Below are positions 1 to 10,181 of a stretch of DNA of 64,000 nucleotides, piece by piece. The notes beneath the pieces are model-generated. The model made no database searches, was not told the origin of the DNA, and saw only the letters and a program-made list of their open reading frames with translations. Position 1 is the stretch's first letter; each line of letters opens with the position of its first letter. The DNA is from an uncultured Gammaproteobacteria bacterium (GTDB taxonomy: Bacteria; Patescibacteriota; Patescibacteriia; Magasanikbacterales; GWA2-37-8), in NCBI GenBank assembly GCA_964496095.1, contig CAZBWU010000004.1:21366-85365 (forward strand), written 5' to 3'. The translations under genes were made by a program, and so were the position numbers.

Positions 1-1489
1 TACTGAAAACCAAGTAAATGACACAATTGACTATCTTCGCGGTCGCGCCACTCTTAAAAAAGCTCCGTTTATCAATCATGAAACTTTGAAAGAAAAAGGA
101 TTAACCGTTGCTGAGTTAGAAAAAATTGAAAAATCGTTAGCTGGTGTATTTGAGCTTGCCTTTGCTTTCAATGTTTGGACATTAGGTGAAGACTGTTTAC
201 AACGACTTGGATTCTCTAGTGAGCAATATAATGATCCTAACTTTAATTTGCTTTCTGCTCTTGGATTTACGGCTGAACAAATTGCAACTGCCAATGAATT
301 TGTCTGTGGAGCTATGACTATTGAAGGCGCCCCACATTTACGCAAAGAACATTACGCTGTCTTTGATACTGCGAATAAAAATGGTAAAAAAGGTCAGCGC
401 TATATTCACTTCCTTGGCCACATCCGGATGATGGCCGCTGTTCAACCATTTTTATCTGGCGCAATTTCCAAGACTATCAACATGCCACACGAAGCCACGC
501 TTGATGATGTCAAAACCGCTTATGTCGCTTCATGGAAGTTGGGTCTAAAAGCGATGGCCTTGTATCGTGACGGTTCTAAATTATCGCAACCTTTGTCTGC
601 CAAATCTGATAAGAAAAAAGAAGATGCTAGCGAAGTAAAAGTAGAAGAAAGTGTCAAAGTAACCATCTCTGAAAAAAATACAGTCGTAGAAGAACAAAAG
701 GTTAAGAGCTATAGTCTATCAAGTCAAAATGAAGCGGTAATTAATCAGATGGTTTCAGAGGCTCAGGCTTTAATAAAATATAACCATGACGGTTCGGTGC
801 AAGGTAATCGTATTTATGTTCACGGTGAACAAAGAAGGTTGCCGTATAAGCGAGGCGGAATTACAATCAAAGCCAAAATTGCCGGTCAATCACTCTTCTT
901 ACGCACAGGAGAGTATCCAGATGGTAAGTTGGGCGAAATCTTTATTGATATGCATAAAGAAGGTGCCGCTTTCCGCAGTATGCTCAACTTGTTTGCAATA
1001 TCAATCTCTACCGGTTTGCAATATGGTGTAACATTAGAAGAATATGTTGAGAAATTTACCTTTACACGCTTTGAACCAAGCGGAATTACCGATCATCCAA
1101 ATATAAAATTCTGCACATCTATTATTGACTTTGTTTTCCGAGTGCTTGGTATGGAATATCTTGGCCGAACAGATTTTGTCCAAGTTAAACCAACCGGTAT
1201 TCAAAAAAATAAAGCACAACAGATGGAAGAATTATCCGCCAAAGCCGTAGGCCAACATGTTATGCCGTTGGGAGGCAAAATCGAATCAACAGAAAAAACA
1301 CAAACCTCTTTGCCAAGTATGCACGATGAGGACGAGATGCAAGAGCCAGTATCAGATGGAGGTGTGGGCAAGCAATTATCAGGAATGATGGGGGATGCTC
1401 CAGCCTGTGGAACTTGTGGACATATTACAATCCGTAACGGAGCCTGTTATAAATGTCTGAATTGTGGCAGCACTACAGGGTGCTCATAA
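1..1489 (+). CDS. nrdJ: Adenosylcobalamin-dependent (class II) ribonucleotide reductase, C-terminal part. The 5' end is truncated by the window edge: the frame is open back to base 2.
   Basis: RNR-like motifs (KTINMPHEATLDDVKTAYVASWKLGLKAMALYRDGSK). The C-terminus carries a CxxC...CxxC zinc ribbon (CGTCGHITIRNGACYKCLNCG) as in NrdJ. No stop between position 2 and the annotated Met at 86. Confidence 0.6.
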   Translation, partial: TENQVNDTIDYLRGRATLKKAPFINHETLKEKGLTVAELEKIEKSLAGVFELAFAFNVWTLGEDCLQRLGFSSEQYNDPNFNLLSALGFTAEQIATANEFVCGAMTIEGAPHLRKEHYAVFDTANKNGKKGQRYIHFLGHIRMMAAVQPFLSGAISKTINMPHEATLDDVKTAYVASWKLGLKAMALYRDGSKLSQPLSAKSDKKKEDASEVKVEESVKVTISEKNTVVEEQKVKSYSLSSQNEAVINQMVSEAQALIKYNHDGSVQGNRIYVHGEQRRLPYKRGGITIKAKIAGQSLFLRTGEYPDGKLGEIFIDMHKEGAAFRSMLNLFAISISTGLQYGVTLEEYVEKFTFTRFEPSGITDHPNIKFCTSIIDFVFRVLGMEYLGRTDFVQVKPTGIQKNKAQQMEELSAKAVGQHVMPLGGKIESTEKTQTSLPSMHDEDEMQEPVSDGGVGKQLSGMMGDAPACGTCGHITIRNGACYKCLNCGSTTGCS

Positions 1490-1512
1490 AATTTACTTGA
1501 TCGTGGGTAATA

Positions 1513-1548
1513 ATCCCCGTCCCGCATGCGCGGGACGGGGATTATAGT
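1513..1548 (+). terminator. Rho-independent terminator-like GC hairpin after the RNR gene
   Basis: Perfect palindrome CCCCGTCCCGC-ATG-CGCGGGACGGGG followed by AT-rich sequence. Confidence 0.5.
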
Positions 1549-1566
1549 TTAATAATTGAATTCTAT

Positions 1567-2121
1567 ATGCCTATTTATACAAAAACTGGAGATAAAGGCG
1601 AAACCTCACTTCTTGGTGGTAAGCGAGTTAGCAAAAGTTGTCTTGAGATGCAAGTGATTGGAGAGATTGACGAACTCAATGCTTGTTTGGGAGTAATCGT
1701 AGCTTTGTTCAATGGTCATGCTGAGTCAAACGAAGAGCCGATGTCCAAATTTCTACAATCGATCCAGCGAGATCTTTTTAAAGTTGGCGCTGAGCTCGCT
1801 TCGCTTCAAAGTCCTTTGGGGGACAAGATAAATAAAATTGATAATACACGTGTAGGAGAAATGGAAGCTTATGTTGATAAATTTTGGGGCGATTTGCCAG
1901 AGTTAAAAAATTTTATTCTGCCTGGCGGTAGTTTGGCTGGTGCAGAAATCCATCGCGCTCGCACAGTATGCCGTCGAGCCGAAAGGCAATTGGTTGATTT
2001 TTCCAAAAACAATCCTATTCGTCCAGAGCTGAGTATATATATCAATAGACTAAGCGATTTTCTTTTTGCTCTGGCCAGGTTTGTGAATTCTAAAGAAGGG
2101 GCTGAAGAAATAATAGTCTAA
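1567..2121 (+). CDS. ATP:cob(I)alamin adenosyltransferase, PduO-type (MMAB family)
   Basis: N-terminal IYTKTGDKGETSL motif and a size of about 184 aa are typical of PduO-type adenosyltransferases. Confidence 0.8.
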   Translation: MPIYTKTGDKGETSLLGGKRVSKSCLEMQVIGEIDELNACLGVIVALFNGHAESNEEPMSKFLQSIQRDLFKVGAELASLQSPLGDKINKIDNTRVGEMEAYVDKFWGDLPELKNFILPGGSLAGAEIHRARTVCRRAERQLVDFSKNNPIRPELSIYINRLSDFLFALARFVNSKEGAEEIIV

Positions 2122-2281
2122 ACCGAGTCCTGTACCGTTTGCTCGGAGCAATCTGGTGCGGGGTTGATTTATTATCGTAATAATGATAATATTTTTTTGT
2201 AATTGTAATGAAGTGAGGGGAAAGGTTGTTGGACAAACTTTCTCGAACGAATTAGCAATTATTTGTTAATTTTTTGACAAT

Positions 2282-2365
2282 GCCCTGGTGGTGAAATTGG
2301 TAGACACAAGGGACTTAAAATCCCTCGCCGAAAGGCATGCGGGTTCGATTCCCGCCTAGGGCACA
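2282..2365 (+). tRNA. tRNA-Leu (anticodon TAA) with long variable arm
   Basis: Acceptor GCCCTGG/CTAGGGC, T-arm GCGGGTTCGATTCCCGC, anticodon loop CTTAAAA, long extra arm. Confidence 0.8.
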
Positions 2366-2366
2366 T

Positions 2367-2397
2367 ACAAAAAAACTCACGAAAGTGAGTTTTTTTG
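2367..2397 (+). terminator. Rho-independent terminator after tRNA-Leu
   Basis: AAAAAAACTCAC-GAAA-GTGAGTTTTTTT hairpin with T-run. Confidence 0.7.
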
Positions 2398-2530
2398 TAT
2401 TATAACTTTATGAGAGTTTAGGATTTATTCTTGGAAGGAATTAAATATACCATCGAGCGACCTTGCTATTCTCGGTATTTAATAAGTATGATAAAATTTA
2501 CATTAAGAATTGATTTAAAATATTTTTTAT

Positions 2531-3022
2531 ATGCAAAAAGCGCCTGTCCCCGCAAATGAAAAAGAGCGTGTCTGCGCTCTTGAAGGGTTAAAACTTTTGG
2601 ATACAGCCTCTGAAGAAAGATTTGATCGTCTGACAAAAGAAGCAACTAGTAGGTTTTCTGTGCCAATTTCCACCATCACACTGATAGATAAAGATCGTGA
2701 ATGGTTCAAATCAGCCCAAGGTCTACAAGCAAAAGAGGGTCCCAGAGGCGTATCTTTTTGTGGGCATGCATTAATGTCGCAAATAGTAATGATTATTCCT
2801 GACACTTCAGCTGATCCACGCTTTGCAGATAATCCAATGGTTAAGGGGAAACCATTTATCAGGTTCTATGCTGGCAAATCTTTGTATGACCACAAAAGCA
2901 ATCTGCCTGTAGGTGTGTTTTGTATAAAAGACCATAAGCCAAGAGAAATGAGTGTAAAAGATCTGAGCGACTTCCTTGATTTAGCTGACAGAGCCGAAAA
3001 GGAGATTAATAAACATATATAA
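2531..3022 (+). CDS. Stand-alone GAF domain protein
   Basis: GAF-like pattern (ERF..L...A...F..P.S.ITLID.DR.WFKS..GL.....PR..SFC). Confidence 0.55.
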   Translation: MQKAPVPANEKERVCALEGLKLLDTASEERFDRLTKEATSRFSVPISTITLIDKDREWFKSAQGLQAKEGPRGVSFCGHALMSQIVMIIPDTSADPRFADNPMVKGKPFIRFYAGKSLYDHKSNLPVGVFCIKDHKPREMSVKDLSDFLDLADRAEKEINKHI

Positions 3023-3040
3023 AATTTAAATGTTAATTGT

Positions 3041-3436
3041 ATGAAACCTAGGTATGTAATTTTAGCTTTATTAGTAATAGTTTTTGGTTTGGTTTATTAT
3101 TTTGTTTTGTATAAAACAAAAACAAAACCCGTAAATAATAAACAATTTCAACTTTCTTTGCAAGAAATGGTTAATGCAAGCACAACCCTGGAAGGTAAAG
3201 CGACTAACGCCAAGGCTGGGGCAATGGTATTGGTTGGTAATGATCCAGTGTATATAGATGGCCTAGATAGTTGGTCAAAGAATTTTCTTGATAAGCAAGT
3301 TTCAATCTCCGGTAAATTAGTTGTCAAAAGTTTTATACCTAAAGCCGAAGTTAATAAAAGTGGCGAGATAAGTCAAGGTGGGAGCGGGGATGAAGATTAT
3401 GTTTTGGAAGATGTGGATGTAAAAATGTATAAATAA
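3041..3436 (+). CDS. Hypothetical small membrane-anchored or secreted protein
   Basis: N-terminal hydrophobic helix (ILALLVIVFGLVYYFVLY); no recognisable domain. Confidence 0.4.
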   Translation: MKPRYVILALLVIVFGLVYYFVLYKTKTKPVNNKQFQLSLQEMVNASTTLEGKATNAKAGAMVLVGNDPVYIDGLDSWSKNFLDKQVSISGKLVVKSFIPKAEVNKSGEISQGGSGDEDYVLEDVDVKMYK

Positions 3437-3489
3437 GATGTAAATTTAATTTTTTATTTCTTCTATTCATTTCATGGTATAATATCCCC

Positions 3490-5289
3490 ATGAAAAAGAT
3501 TTTAAACCAGAAAGGTTTTACTCTGCTCGAAGTCGTAGTGGCCAGCGGAATTTTTTTGATTTTTGCGCTGGGGATTTATGGGGGAGTTAACTTAACTTTT
3601 AAAATTGTTTATCAGTCGCGCATGAAAATTTTGGAAACTGCTATTTTGGCTGAGCGGCTAGAAGTTGCGCGCAATCTGCCTTATGATCAAGTGGGGATTA
3701 TAAATGGTGTGCCAAGCGGTTTGTTACCTTCCTCTACTACCACTGTTCGTAATGGCCAAACATTTATCCTGGTGACTACAGTGAGAAATATAGATGATGC
3801 TTTTGATGGTACCTTGGGAGGAACACCAAACGATTTATCTCCCGCTGACTATAAATTGGTAGAGATATCAGCAATATGTAATAACTGTTTTCAAAAGACG
3901 CCAGTTATTTTGAGCACTGTAGTTGCGCCCAAACAACTTGAGGGAGCTAGTCAGAACGGTGCTTTGTTTATTCAAGTATTTGATTATAATGGCTTGCCTG
4001 TAGTAGGTGCTAGTGTGAGTGTTACAAACACTTCCAAGAACCCTAGTACTATCATTAGTGATGTCACCGACAGTAGTGGCTATTTGCGAATTGTAGATGC
4101 CCCGACTGGCACCTTGAGCTACAATATTAATGTTAGTAAATCTGGTTATTCAAGTGATTATACAATACCAGTTAGTTTATCTGTGCCAACCCCGGCTAAA
4201 CCCCCAGCCAACGTAGTCGGTCAAACAATTACTGATATTAGTTTTGCTATAGACAAACTAAGTAACCTGGATTTGCATTTTCTTACTCCCGCTTGTGTGG
4301 CTGTGCCAAATCAATCTTTTAATATTCATGGTGAAAAAATCATTGGCACCGATGCTAGTGATGTAAATATTTATAAGTACAACAAAAGTTTGACTGCTAA
4401 CGGTAGTGGAAATTATAGTTTTCCAAATTTTGAATGGGATAAATATCATGTTGCTATTAGTGGGGTTGTCTACAATATTGGTGGATCCACTCCGCTTCTT
4501 CCGTTTGATATTACTCCAGGCCTTACTCAAGATGCGTCTGTTATCCTAGAGCCATACTCAGCTAATTCTTTGCTTGTAAAAGTAAAAGACGCTGGTACGG
4601 GCTTACCGCTTTCTGACGCCACCATACATCTGACCGCCACTGGTTATGACGAAACTAGACTTACGGGTTATGGCTATGTGCGCCAGACAGATTGGAGTGG
4701 AGGTAGTGGTCAGGCAAGTTATTCCAATCAGACAAAATATTTTGCTGATAATGGAAATATAAAAAATAATTTACCAGCCGGAGATTTAAAATTAAAAAAA
4801 GTTGGTAATTCATATTTGAATAGCGGTACGTTAGAATCTTCCACTTTTGATCTTGGTACTACCGCCAATTTTAATAATATTATTTTCTCACCGTTATCTC
4901 AACCGGCGCAAACGGGTGTTAATCCTATTACATTTCAACTGGCTACTAGTAATTCTAGCAGTCTGGCTAGTTGGACATATAAAGGGCCAGATGGCACTGT
5001 TAATACATACTATACAGCTACCAGCACTATTATCTGGAGCGGAAATAACGATAATCGCTATTTGAGGTATAAGGTATTTTTAAATACTGCTAATACTGCT
5101 TTTACTCCTACTCTATCTGAAGTGGCTTTTACATATATTACTAGTTGTATACCTCCGGGGCAGAAATTTTTTAGTGGGCTATCTGCAGCAACTTATACGT
5201 TGGATGTCTCCCGTTCAGGCTATACAACCAATAATGGTACGGTAGATGTTTCTGGCGCTACCGAAGCGGTCGTAAATCTTTCTCCCTAG
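3490..5289 (+). CDS. Large type-IV-pilin-like (pseudopilin) protein with prepilin-type N-terminal cleavage/methylation domain
   Basis: N-terminus KGFTLLEVVVASGIFLIFALGIYGG matches class III signal (G/FTLxE + hydrophobic helix). Long Ser/Thr/Asn/Gly-rich beta-rich ectodomain. Confidence 0.7.
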   Translation: MKKILNQKGFTLLEVVVASGIFLIFALGIYGGVNLTFKIVYQSRMKILETAILAERLEVARNLPYDQVGIINGVPSGLLPSSTTTVRNGQTFILVTTVRNIDDAFDGTLGGTPNDLSPADYKLVEISAICNNCFQKTPVILSTVVAPKQLEGASQNGALFIQVFDYNGLPVVGASVSVTNTSKNPSTIISDVTDSSGYLRIVDAPTGTLSYNINVSKSGYSSDYTIPVSLSVPTPAKPPANVVGQTITDISFAIDKLSNLDLHFLTPACVAVPNQSFNIHGEKIIGTDASDVNIYKYNKSLTANGSGNYSFPNFEWDKYHVAISGVVYNIGGSTPLLPFDITPGLTQDASVILEPYSANSLLVKVKDAGTGLPLSDATIHLTATGYDETRLTGYGYVRQTDWSGGSGQASYSNQTKYFADNGNIKNNLPAGDLKLKKVGNSYLNSGTLESSTFDLGTTANFNNIIFSPLSQPAQTGVNPITFQLATSNSSSLASWTYKGPDGTVNTYYTATSTIIWSGNNDNRYLRYKVFLNTANTAFTPTLSEVAFTYITSCIPPGQKFFSGLSAATYTLDVSRSGYTTNNGTVDVSGATEAVVNLSP

Positions 5290-5293
5290 GAGT

Positions 5294-5911
5294 ATGTATT
5301 TGGTAGATAATTTAAAAAATAATAATAAAGGTATAACGCTAGTTGAACTATTGGTAGCTACGGGCATTTTTGTATTTTTAGCTGCCGGAATTGTGTCTCT
5401 TTATTTGACTAGTCGAAAATATAACGACATTGTTTGGGAGCAGTTAAAAACTCAGAATGAAGGCAGAAAAGTAGTGCAAGATTTTACCAATGAACTTCGT
5501 ATTGCTTCACAATCAAGTGTCGGTGCTTATCCTGTAGCGGGAGCGTCTAGTACTGAAATTATTTTTTATACCAATCTTGATAGTGATACTTTGATGGAAA
5601 GAGTGAGGTATTTTTTTTCAGGTAGAATTTTAAAAAAAGGCGTTATTAAGCCAACGGGCAATCCGCTTATCTATAATTCGGTGAATGAAGTTATTACCGA
5701 AGTGGCCCACGATGTAGTCACGTCCACTTCAAAGTTATTATATTATGATTCTAATTTTACAGGCTCAGAAACTCATTTAGTTAGCCCAATAAGCGTTACT
5801 AGTATTAGGGTGGTTGGTATTCAGCTAACATTGGAGGAAGACCCAAATGCATCACCTGTGCCGTTTTTTATAGAATCAAAAGTAATGCTGCGAAACTTGA
5901 AGGACAACTAG
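5294..5911 (+). CDS. Type-IV-pilin-like (minor pilin/pseudopilin) protein
   Basis: N-terminus KGITLVELLVATGIFVFLAAGIVSLY is a prepilin-type methylation motif. Confidence 0.65.
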   Translation: MYLVDNLKNNNKGITLVELLVATGIFVFLAAGIVSLYLTSRKYNDIVWEQLKTQNEGRKVVQDFTNELRIASQSSVGAYPVAGASSTEIIFYTNLDSDTLMERVRYFFSGRILKKGVIKPTGNPLIYNSVNEVITEVAHDVVTSTSKLLYYDSNFTGSETHLVSPISVTSIRVVGIQLTLEEDPNASPVPFFIESKVMLRNLKDN

Positions 5912-5920
5912 GTTATTTTT

Positions 5921-7318
5921 ATGATATTAGAAAATTTTAAAAATTTAATAAAAACTTTTTCTCAAAACACACGTGGAAATATTTTGTTGTTTGTTATGAT
6001 TTTTGGCACGATTAGTTTGTCTATTATTATCATCGGTGTTTCTGGTTATGCTATTTCTGAAAACTCAGCCTCTAATAGGAAACATAATAGTGAAATGGCC
6101 TTGCAAATTGCCGATGCTGGAATTAATTATTATCGTTGGCATTTAGCTCATAATAAGACCGATTATTATGACGGTAATAGTTCTAGTACGCCTGGGCCAT
6201 ATGTACATAGTTACACAGATAAGTTAGGTAATGTTATTGGTCATTTCTCTTTAGAGATTACTCCGCCTACTTTAGGTTCCAGTATTATTATTATTGAATC
6301 TACAGGTTGGCTGGATGCCCAGCCAAATAGTCGTGTAAAAATAAAGGCCAGAGTTGGTTTTCCAGCTTTGACTGATTATTCATTTTTGACAGCCACTGAT
6401 GTTTGGATTGGAGATACTGAAACTACTCATGGTAAATTTCATGCCAACGGTGGTATTAGGTTTGATGGTATCACAGACGCGCCTATTACCAGCGCTATGG
6501 CAACTTACACTTGTAAAGTTAGTCATGGTTGTGGAAACCAAACTAAATCTGGAATTTGGGGTACAGGCGGGCCAAACACTTATTGGAGTTACCCTCAGCC
6601 AGCCAAAGATTTTACTGCGATTACAGGGGTATTGGCTCAGATTGAAGATAACGCTAATCCCGATAACGGGGGGTTAAAGTTTACTTCTTCAGGTCAACAG
6701 GGTTGGCGTCTTAAATTTACTTCTTCTAGCCAGTTTGTTGCCTACAAAGTTTTGACTACAGATTGTTATAAAGCCAAAGATATAGGGGATAATAACTATT
6801 TTTGGCCATGTATTGATATTAAAACTACTGACGCCGGCACTACCTATGATTTACCAAGCAATGGTTTTATTTTTGTTGATGATAATGTTTGGGTTGATGG
6901 GGTGGTGCATGGTCGAGTCACCGTAGGTACTTCAGTTGGTAAGTCTATTATTATAAATGGAAATATTACTTATTATGCCAAAGATGGTACTGATGTGCTT
7001 GGGCTTATGGCTGAGCAAAATATTCTTATCCCGCACAACTCCCCCGACAGCCTAGAAGTTGACGGGGCGCTACTTGCCAAGAGCGGAGCTGCAAAAAGAT
7101 ATTATTATCCAAGTGATAAAAAAACGAGTTTGCTCATCTATGGTTCTATTATTACCTACAAAACTTGGACTTGGAGTTGGTCTTCTGGAGGGGGAGTTAT
7201 TATATCTGGCTATGTAAATACCGACGCTACCTATGATGCTAATCTTACTTATGGTCCGCCACCAGGTTTTCCAGTAGGTTCTGAATATAACCTATTGAGT
7301 TGGGAAGTTTTAAAATAA
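5921..7318 (+). CDS. Hypothetical membrane-anchored protein in the pilin cluster (PilX-like minor pilin candidate)
   Basis: Single N-terminal TM (ILLFVMIFGTISLSIIIIGVSGYAI), large Gly/Thr-rich ectodomain, directly downstream of two prepilin genes. Confidence 0.4.
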   Translation: MILENFKNLIKTFSQNTRGNILLFVMIFGTISLSIIIIGVSGYAISENSASNRKHNSEMALQIADAGINYYRWHLAHNKTDYYDGNSSSTPGPYVHSYTDKLGNVIGHFSLEITPPTLGSSIIIIESTGWLDAQPNSRVKIKARVGFPALTDYSFLTATDVWIGDTETTHGKFHANGGIRFDGITDAPITSAMATYTCKVSHGCGNQTKSGIWGTGGPNTYWSYPQPAKDFTAITGVLAQIEDNANPDNGGLKFTSSGQQGWRLKFTSSSQFVAYKVLTTDCYKAKDIGDNNYFWPCIDIKTTDAGTTYDLPSNGFIFVDDNVWVDGVVHGRVTVGTSVGKSIIINGNITYYAKDGTDVLGLMAEQNILIPHNSPDSLEVDGALLAKSGAAKRYYYPSDKKTSLLIYGSIITYKTWTWSWSSGGGVIISGYVNTDATYDANLTYGPPPGFPVGSEYNLLSWEVLK

Positions 7319-7399
7319 TGCAGTTAGCATTGAAAAGAATTGGTACATTTGCTACAATTAAAAACAGGATTTGATATTTATAACTTGAATTATAATGAT

Positions 7400-8266
7400 A
7401 TGTCTTCAATTCGTAAACTCGTTATTCCGGTTGCAGGTCTTGGTACAAGATTTTTACCTGCTACCAAAGCTCAGCCAAAAGAAATGTTACCAGTCGTTGA
7501 TAAACCCATTATTCAGTATGTGGTAGAGGATGCTGTAAAGTCAGGTATCACCGATATTATTTTAGTTACTGGTCCAAGCAAGCGCGCGGTTGAGGATCAT
7601 TTTAGCCCCAATTATGAATTGGTTAATTTGTTAAAAAAACAAGGCAAAGAAGATGTAGCTGAAGCAATCAAAAAGATTGCCGATATGGCCAATTTTATCT
7701 TTGTTAGGCAAAAAGGACCTTATGGAAATGGTACACCGGTGTTATGCGCCAAAAATATAGTCGGAGATGAACCCTTTGCGGTAATGTGGGGCGACGAATT
7801 CTTTTATACACCAAAGAAACCGCAACTTCAGCAGTTGATTGAGGTTTATGAAAAATATGGAGACCCGGTTTTGACTACTTATAAAGTAAGTGATGAAGAT
7901 ACCAAGAAGTACGGCATTATTGACGCGCTTCAAGTCGAAGACGGTGTGTTCAAAGTTAAAAAAATTGTAGAAAAACCAGGTCCAGAAAAAGCTCCATCCC
8001 GACTAGCTAGTTTGGGTGGTTTTATTTTTACCCCAGATATATTTGAAGCCTTAGAAAAAACTAAAATTGGCAAAGGTGGGGAGCTGTGGTTGGCAGATGC
8101 AAATGAAAAAGTTCTCAAAAAGAGGTCGATTTATGCTTGCTTAATCGAAGGTACCTATTACGACACTGGTTCCAAACTTGGTTATCTTAAGGCAAATGTT
8201 GATTTTGCTTTGCGCGATAAGAATTTATCAAAAGACTTTAGAGATTATTTGAAGAGTGTGGTATAA
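7400..8266 (+). CDS. galU: UTP--glucose-1-phosphate uridylyltransferase. The likely start is the in-frame ATG at about 7400 (MSSIRK); the track ORF begins at 7340.
   Basis: [40 protein letters not shown] is the canonical GalU N-terminus. Confidence 0.85.
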   Translation: [288 protein letters not shown]

Positions 8267-8366
8267 TTTAAGGAGCAGTTCTTAGTGAGTAAGAAGTAAT
8301 TCAAAATTTTTTTAGTCTACCTACCATTACACTGTAATTTAATCCTACTTTTCCTGTCAGGCATCT

Positions 8367-9740
8367 ATGAAAAAAAGAATATTCTTTTTTCTCGCGCTGG
8401 CCATGGCATTGCCCCTGGCTGGTTTGGGTTGTAAAGGTTTGTCTGCCCAGCAACAGGCAGCGATTGCGCCTGTCACCTTGGAATACTGGACTGTCTTTGA
8501 TGATGTGGATGCTTTGCAAGCACAGATAGATAAGTATAAAGCAGACAGGCCATATCTAACAATCAATTTAAAACAACTTCGTTTGGATGAGCTGTACCCT
8601 CGTTTGTTAGAAGCCCTGGCAGAGGATCGTGGTCCGGATATTATCTCTGTGCGCAATCGTTTCATGAATTTTTATAAGCCAAAACTGGCCACCATGCCTG
8701 ACAGTGTTTCTGATACAACCGTGCTAGTAGAAAAAACTAACTTTAACACCAAGACAACTGTCACTACTGTGAAGCAAAATTTGCCAAGCTTAACTCAGGT
8801 AGATAAAGAGTATGTCCAATCAGTAGGTAAAGACGTCGTTATTGAGGGTAAAATTTATGGCTTGCCATTGTCTTTGGATAATTTGGCACTATATTATAAT
8901 AAAGACCTGTTGGATCGCGCTGGTATTGCCGAGCCACCAAAAAATTGGGATGATTTTCAAAAAGATGTAAAAAAACTCGCTAAATTTGATAAAAATTTTA
9001 CTAAAATTTTACAGTCAGGAGCAGCGATTGGTACAGGGAATAATATTCCTGGTTTTGATGATCTGCTTTATATTCTCTTCAAACAAAGTAATATTAGTTT
9101 TGTAAATAAAAATGGACAAGCAGTGTTTAATAATCCCGGAAATAACGAAGCCAATCCAGCAATGTCCGTTATGAATTTCTATACCGATTTTGCCAATTCG
9201 GAGCGAGATACTTATACTTGGAACGAAGATATGGACAATGCTGTAGATAAATTTGTAAATGGTTCTCTCGCGTTTTTCTTTGGATATAGTTATCATTTGC
9301 CAGTTATAAAATCTCGAGCTCCTCAGCTCAATTTTTCTATATTACCAATGTTGCAACTTAACCCCGAACAGCCAGTAAACGTGGCTAATTATTGGGTACA
9401 GTCTGTGGTAGATAAATCAAAACATAAAAATGAATCCTGGGGTTTGGTTAATTATTTGACTCATTCCAAAGCCACTAAAGAATATTTAGAAATATCGAAC
9501 CGACCTTCAGCCCTACGAGCCTATATTAGTGGTCAATTAGAAAATGTTGAGCTATATCCGTTTGCTTCCCAGAGCCTAATTGCCGATAGTTGGTATAAGG
9601 GGAAGGATTATGACACGACTGTAAAAGCTCTCAAAGATATGGCTCACGAATGGCTATTACCAGCGCCAGTTGGTCAGGAGTTAAGACAAAAGCAGGAAGT
9701 GCTAAATAGGGCTGCAGCTAAAATAAATCAAACTTTATGA
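8367..9740 (+). CDS. Lipoprotein, extracellular solute-binding protein (ABC sugar-type, family 1); no permease adjacent
   Basis: Signal peptide with lipobox (LAGLGCKG) and a MalE-like SBP core (YGLPLSLDNLALYYNKDLL). Its stop overlaps the start of the first pilin-like gene (ATGA). Confidence 0.55.
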   Translation: MKKRIFFFLALAMALPLAGLGCKGLSAQQQAAIAPVTLEYWTVFDDVDALQAQIDKYKADRPYLTINLKQLRLDELYPRLLEALAEDRGPDIISVRNRFMNFYKPKLATMPDSVSDTTVLVEKTNFNTKTTVTTVKQNLPSLTQVDKEYVQSVGKDVVIEGKIYGLPLSLDNLALYYNKDLLDRAGIAEPPKNWDDFQKDVKKLAKFDKNFTKILQSGAAIGTGNNIPGFDDLLYILFKQSNISFVNKNGQAVFNNPGNNEANPAMSVMNFYTDFANSERDTYTWNEDMDNAVDKFVNGSLAFFFGYSYHLPVIKSRAPQLNFSILPMLQLNPEQPVNVANYWVQSVVDKSKHKNESWGLVNYLTHSKATKEYLEISNRPSALRAYISGQLENVELYPFASQSLIADSWYKGKDYDTTVKALKDMAHEWLLPAPVGQELRQKQEVLNRAAAKINQTL

Positions 9741-10177
9741 GTAGGTTTGTAAAAATAGTAGTGTCATTTTTAATTATAATTTCGGCGTTTTTTAATGTTA
9801 CCCAAGTCTTTGCCCAAGGAGTCGATGGTAAAGACTCTTCTTTGGTTGGTAAATTTATTCCAAAATGTGTTATAGATCCACCCACTGGAAATCCTGCAGA
9901 TGAAGGTCAATGTCGTAGTATTAGTATTTTTGTTATTTTACTTTTAAATGTTGCAAATTATTTATTTAGTATTGTGGGCGCGCTGGCTTTATTATTTTTT
10001 GTTTATGGTGGTTTTACCCTTATTTTATCTAGAGGAAATTCTGAACAAACTGGGAAAGGTGTAGAGATAATAACAGCCGCTGTTATTGGGTTAGTGGTAG
10101 TTTTTGGTGCCTATATGTTGGTGCGTTTCTTAGGAGAGGCTATAGGATTAAAGAGTGAATTTATTCTTAATCCTTGA
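9737..10177 (+). CDS. VirB2/TrbC-like pilin-family protein (array member 1)
   Basis: Signal peptide, short Cys-containing ectodomain, then TM-GGFTLILSRGNSEQTGKG-TM core shared with downstream paralogs. Confidence 0.55.
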   Translation: MSRFVKIVVSFLIIISAFFNVTQVFAQGVDGKDSSLVGKFIPKCVIDPPTGNPADEGQCRSISIFVILLLNVANYLFSIVGALALLFFVYGGFTLILSRGNSEQTGKGVEIITAAVIGLVVVFGAYMLVRFLGEAIGLKSEFILNP

Positions 10178-10181
10178 TTTT

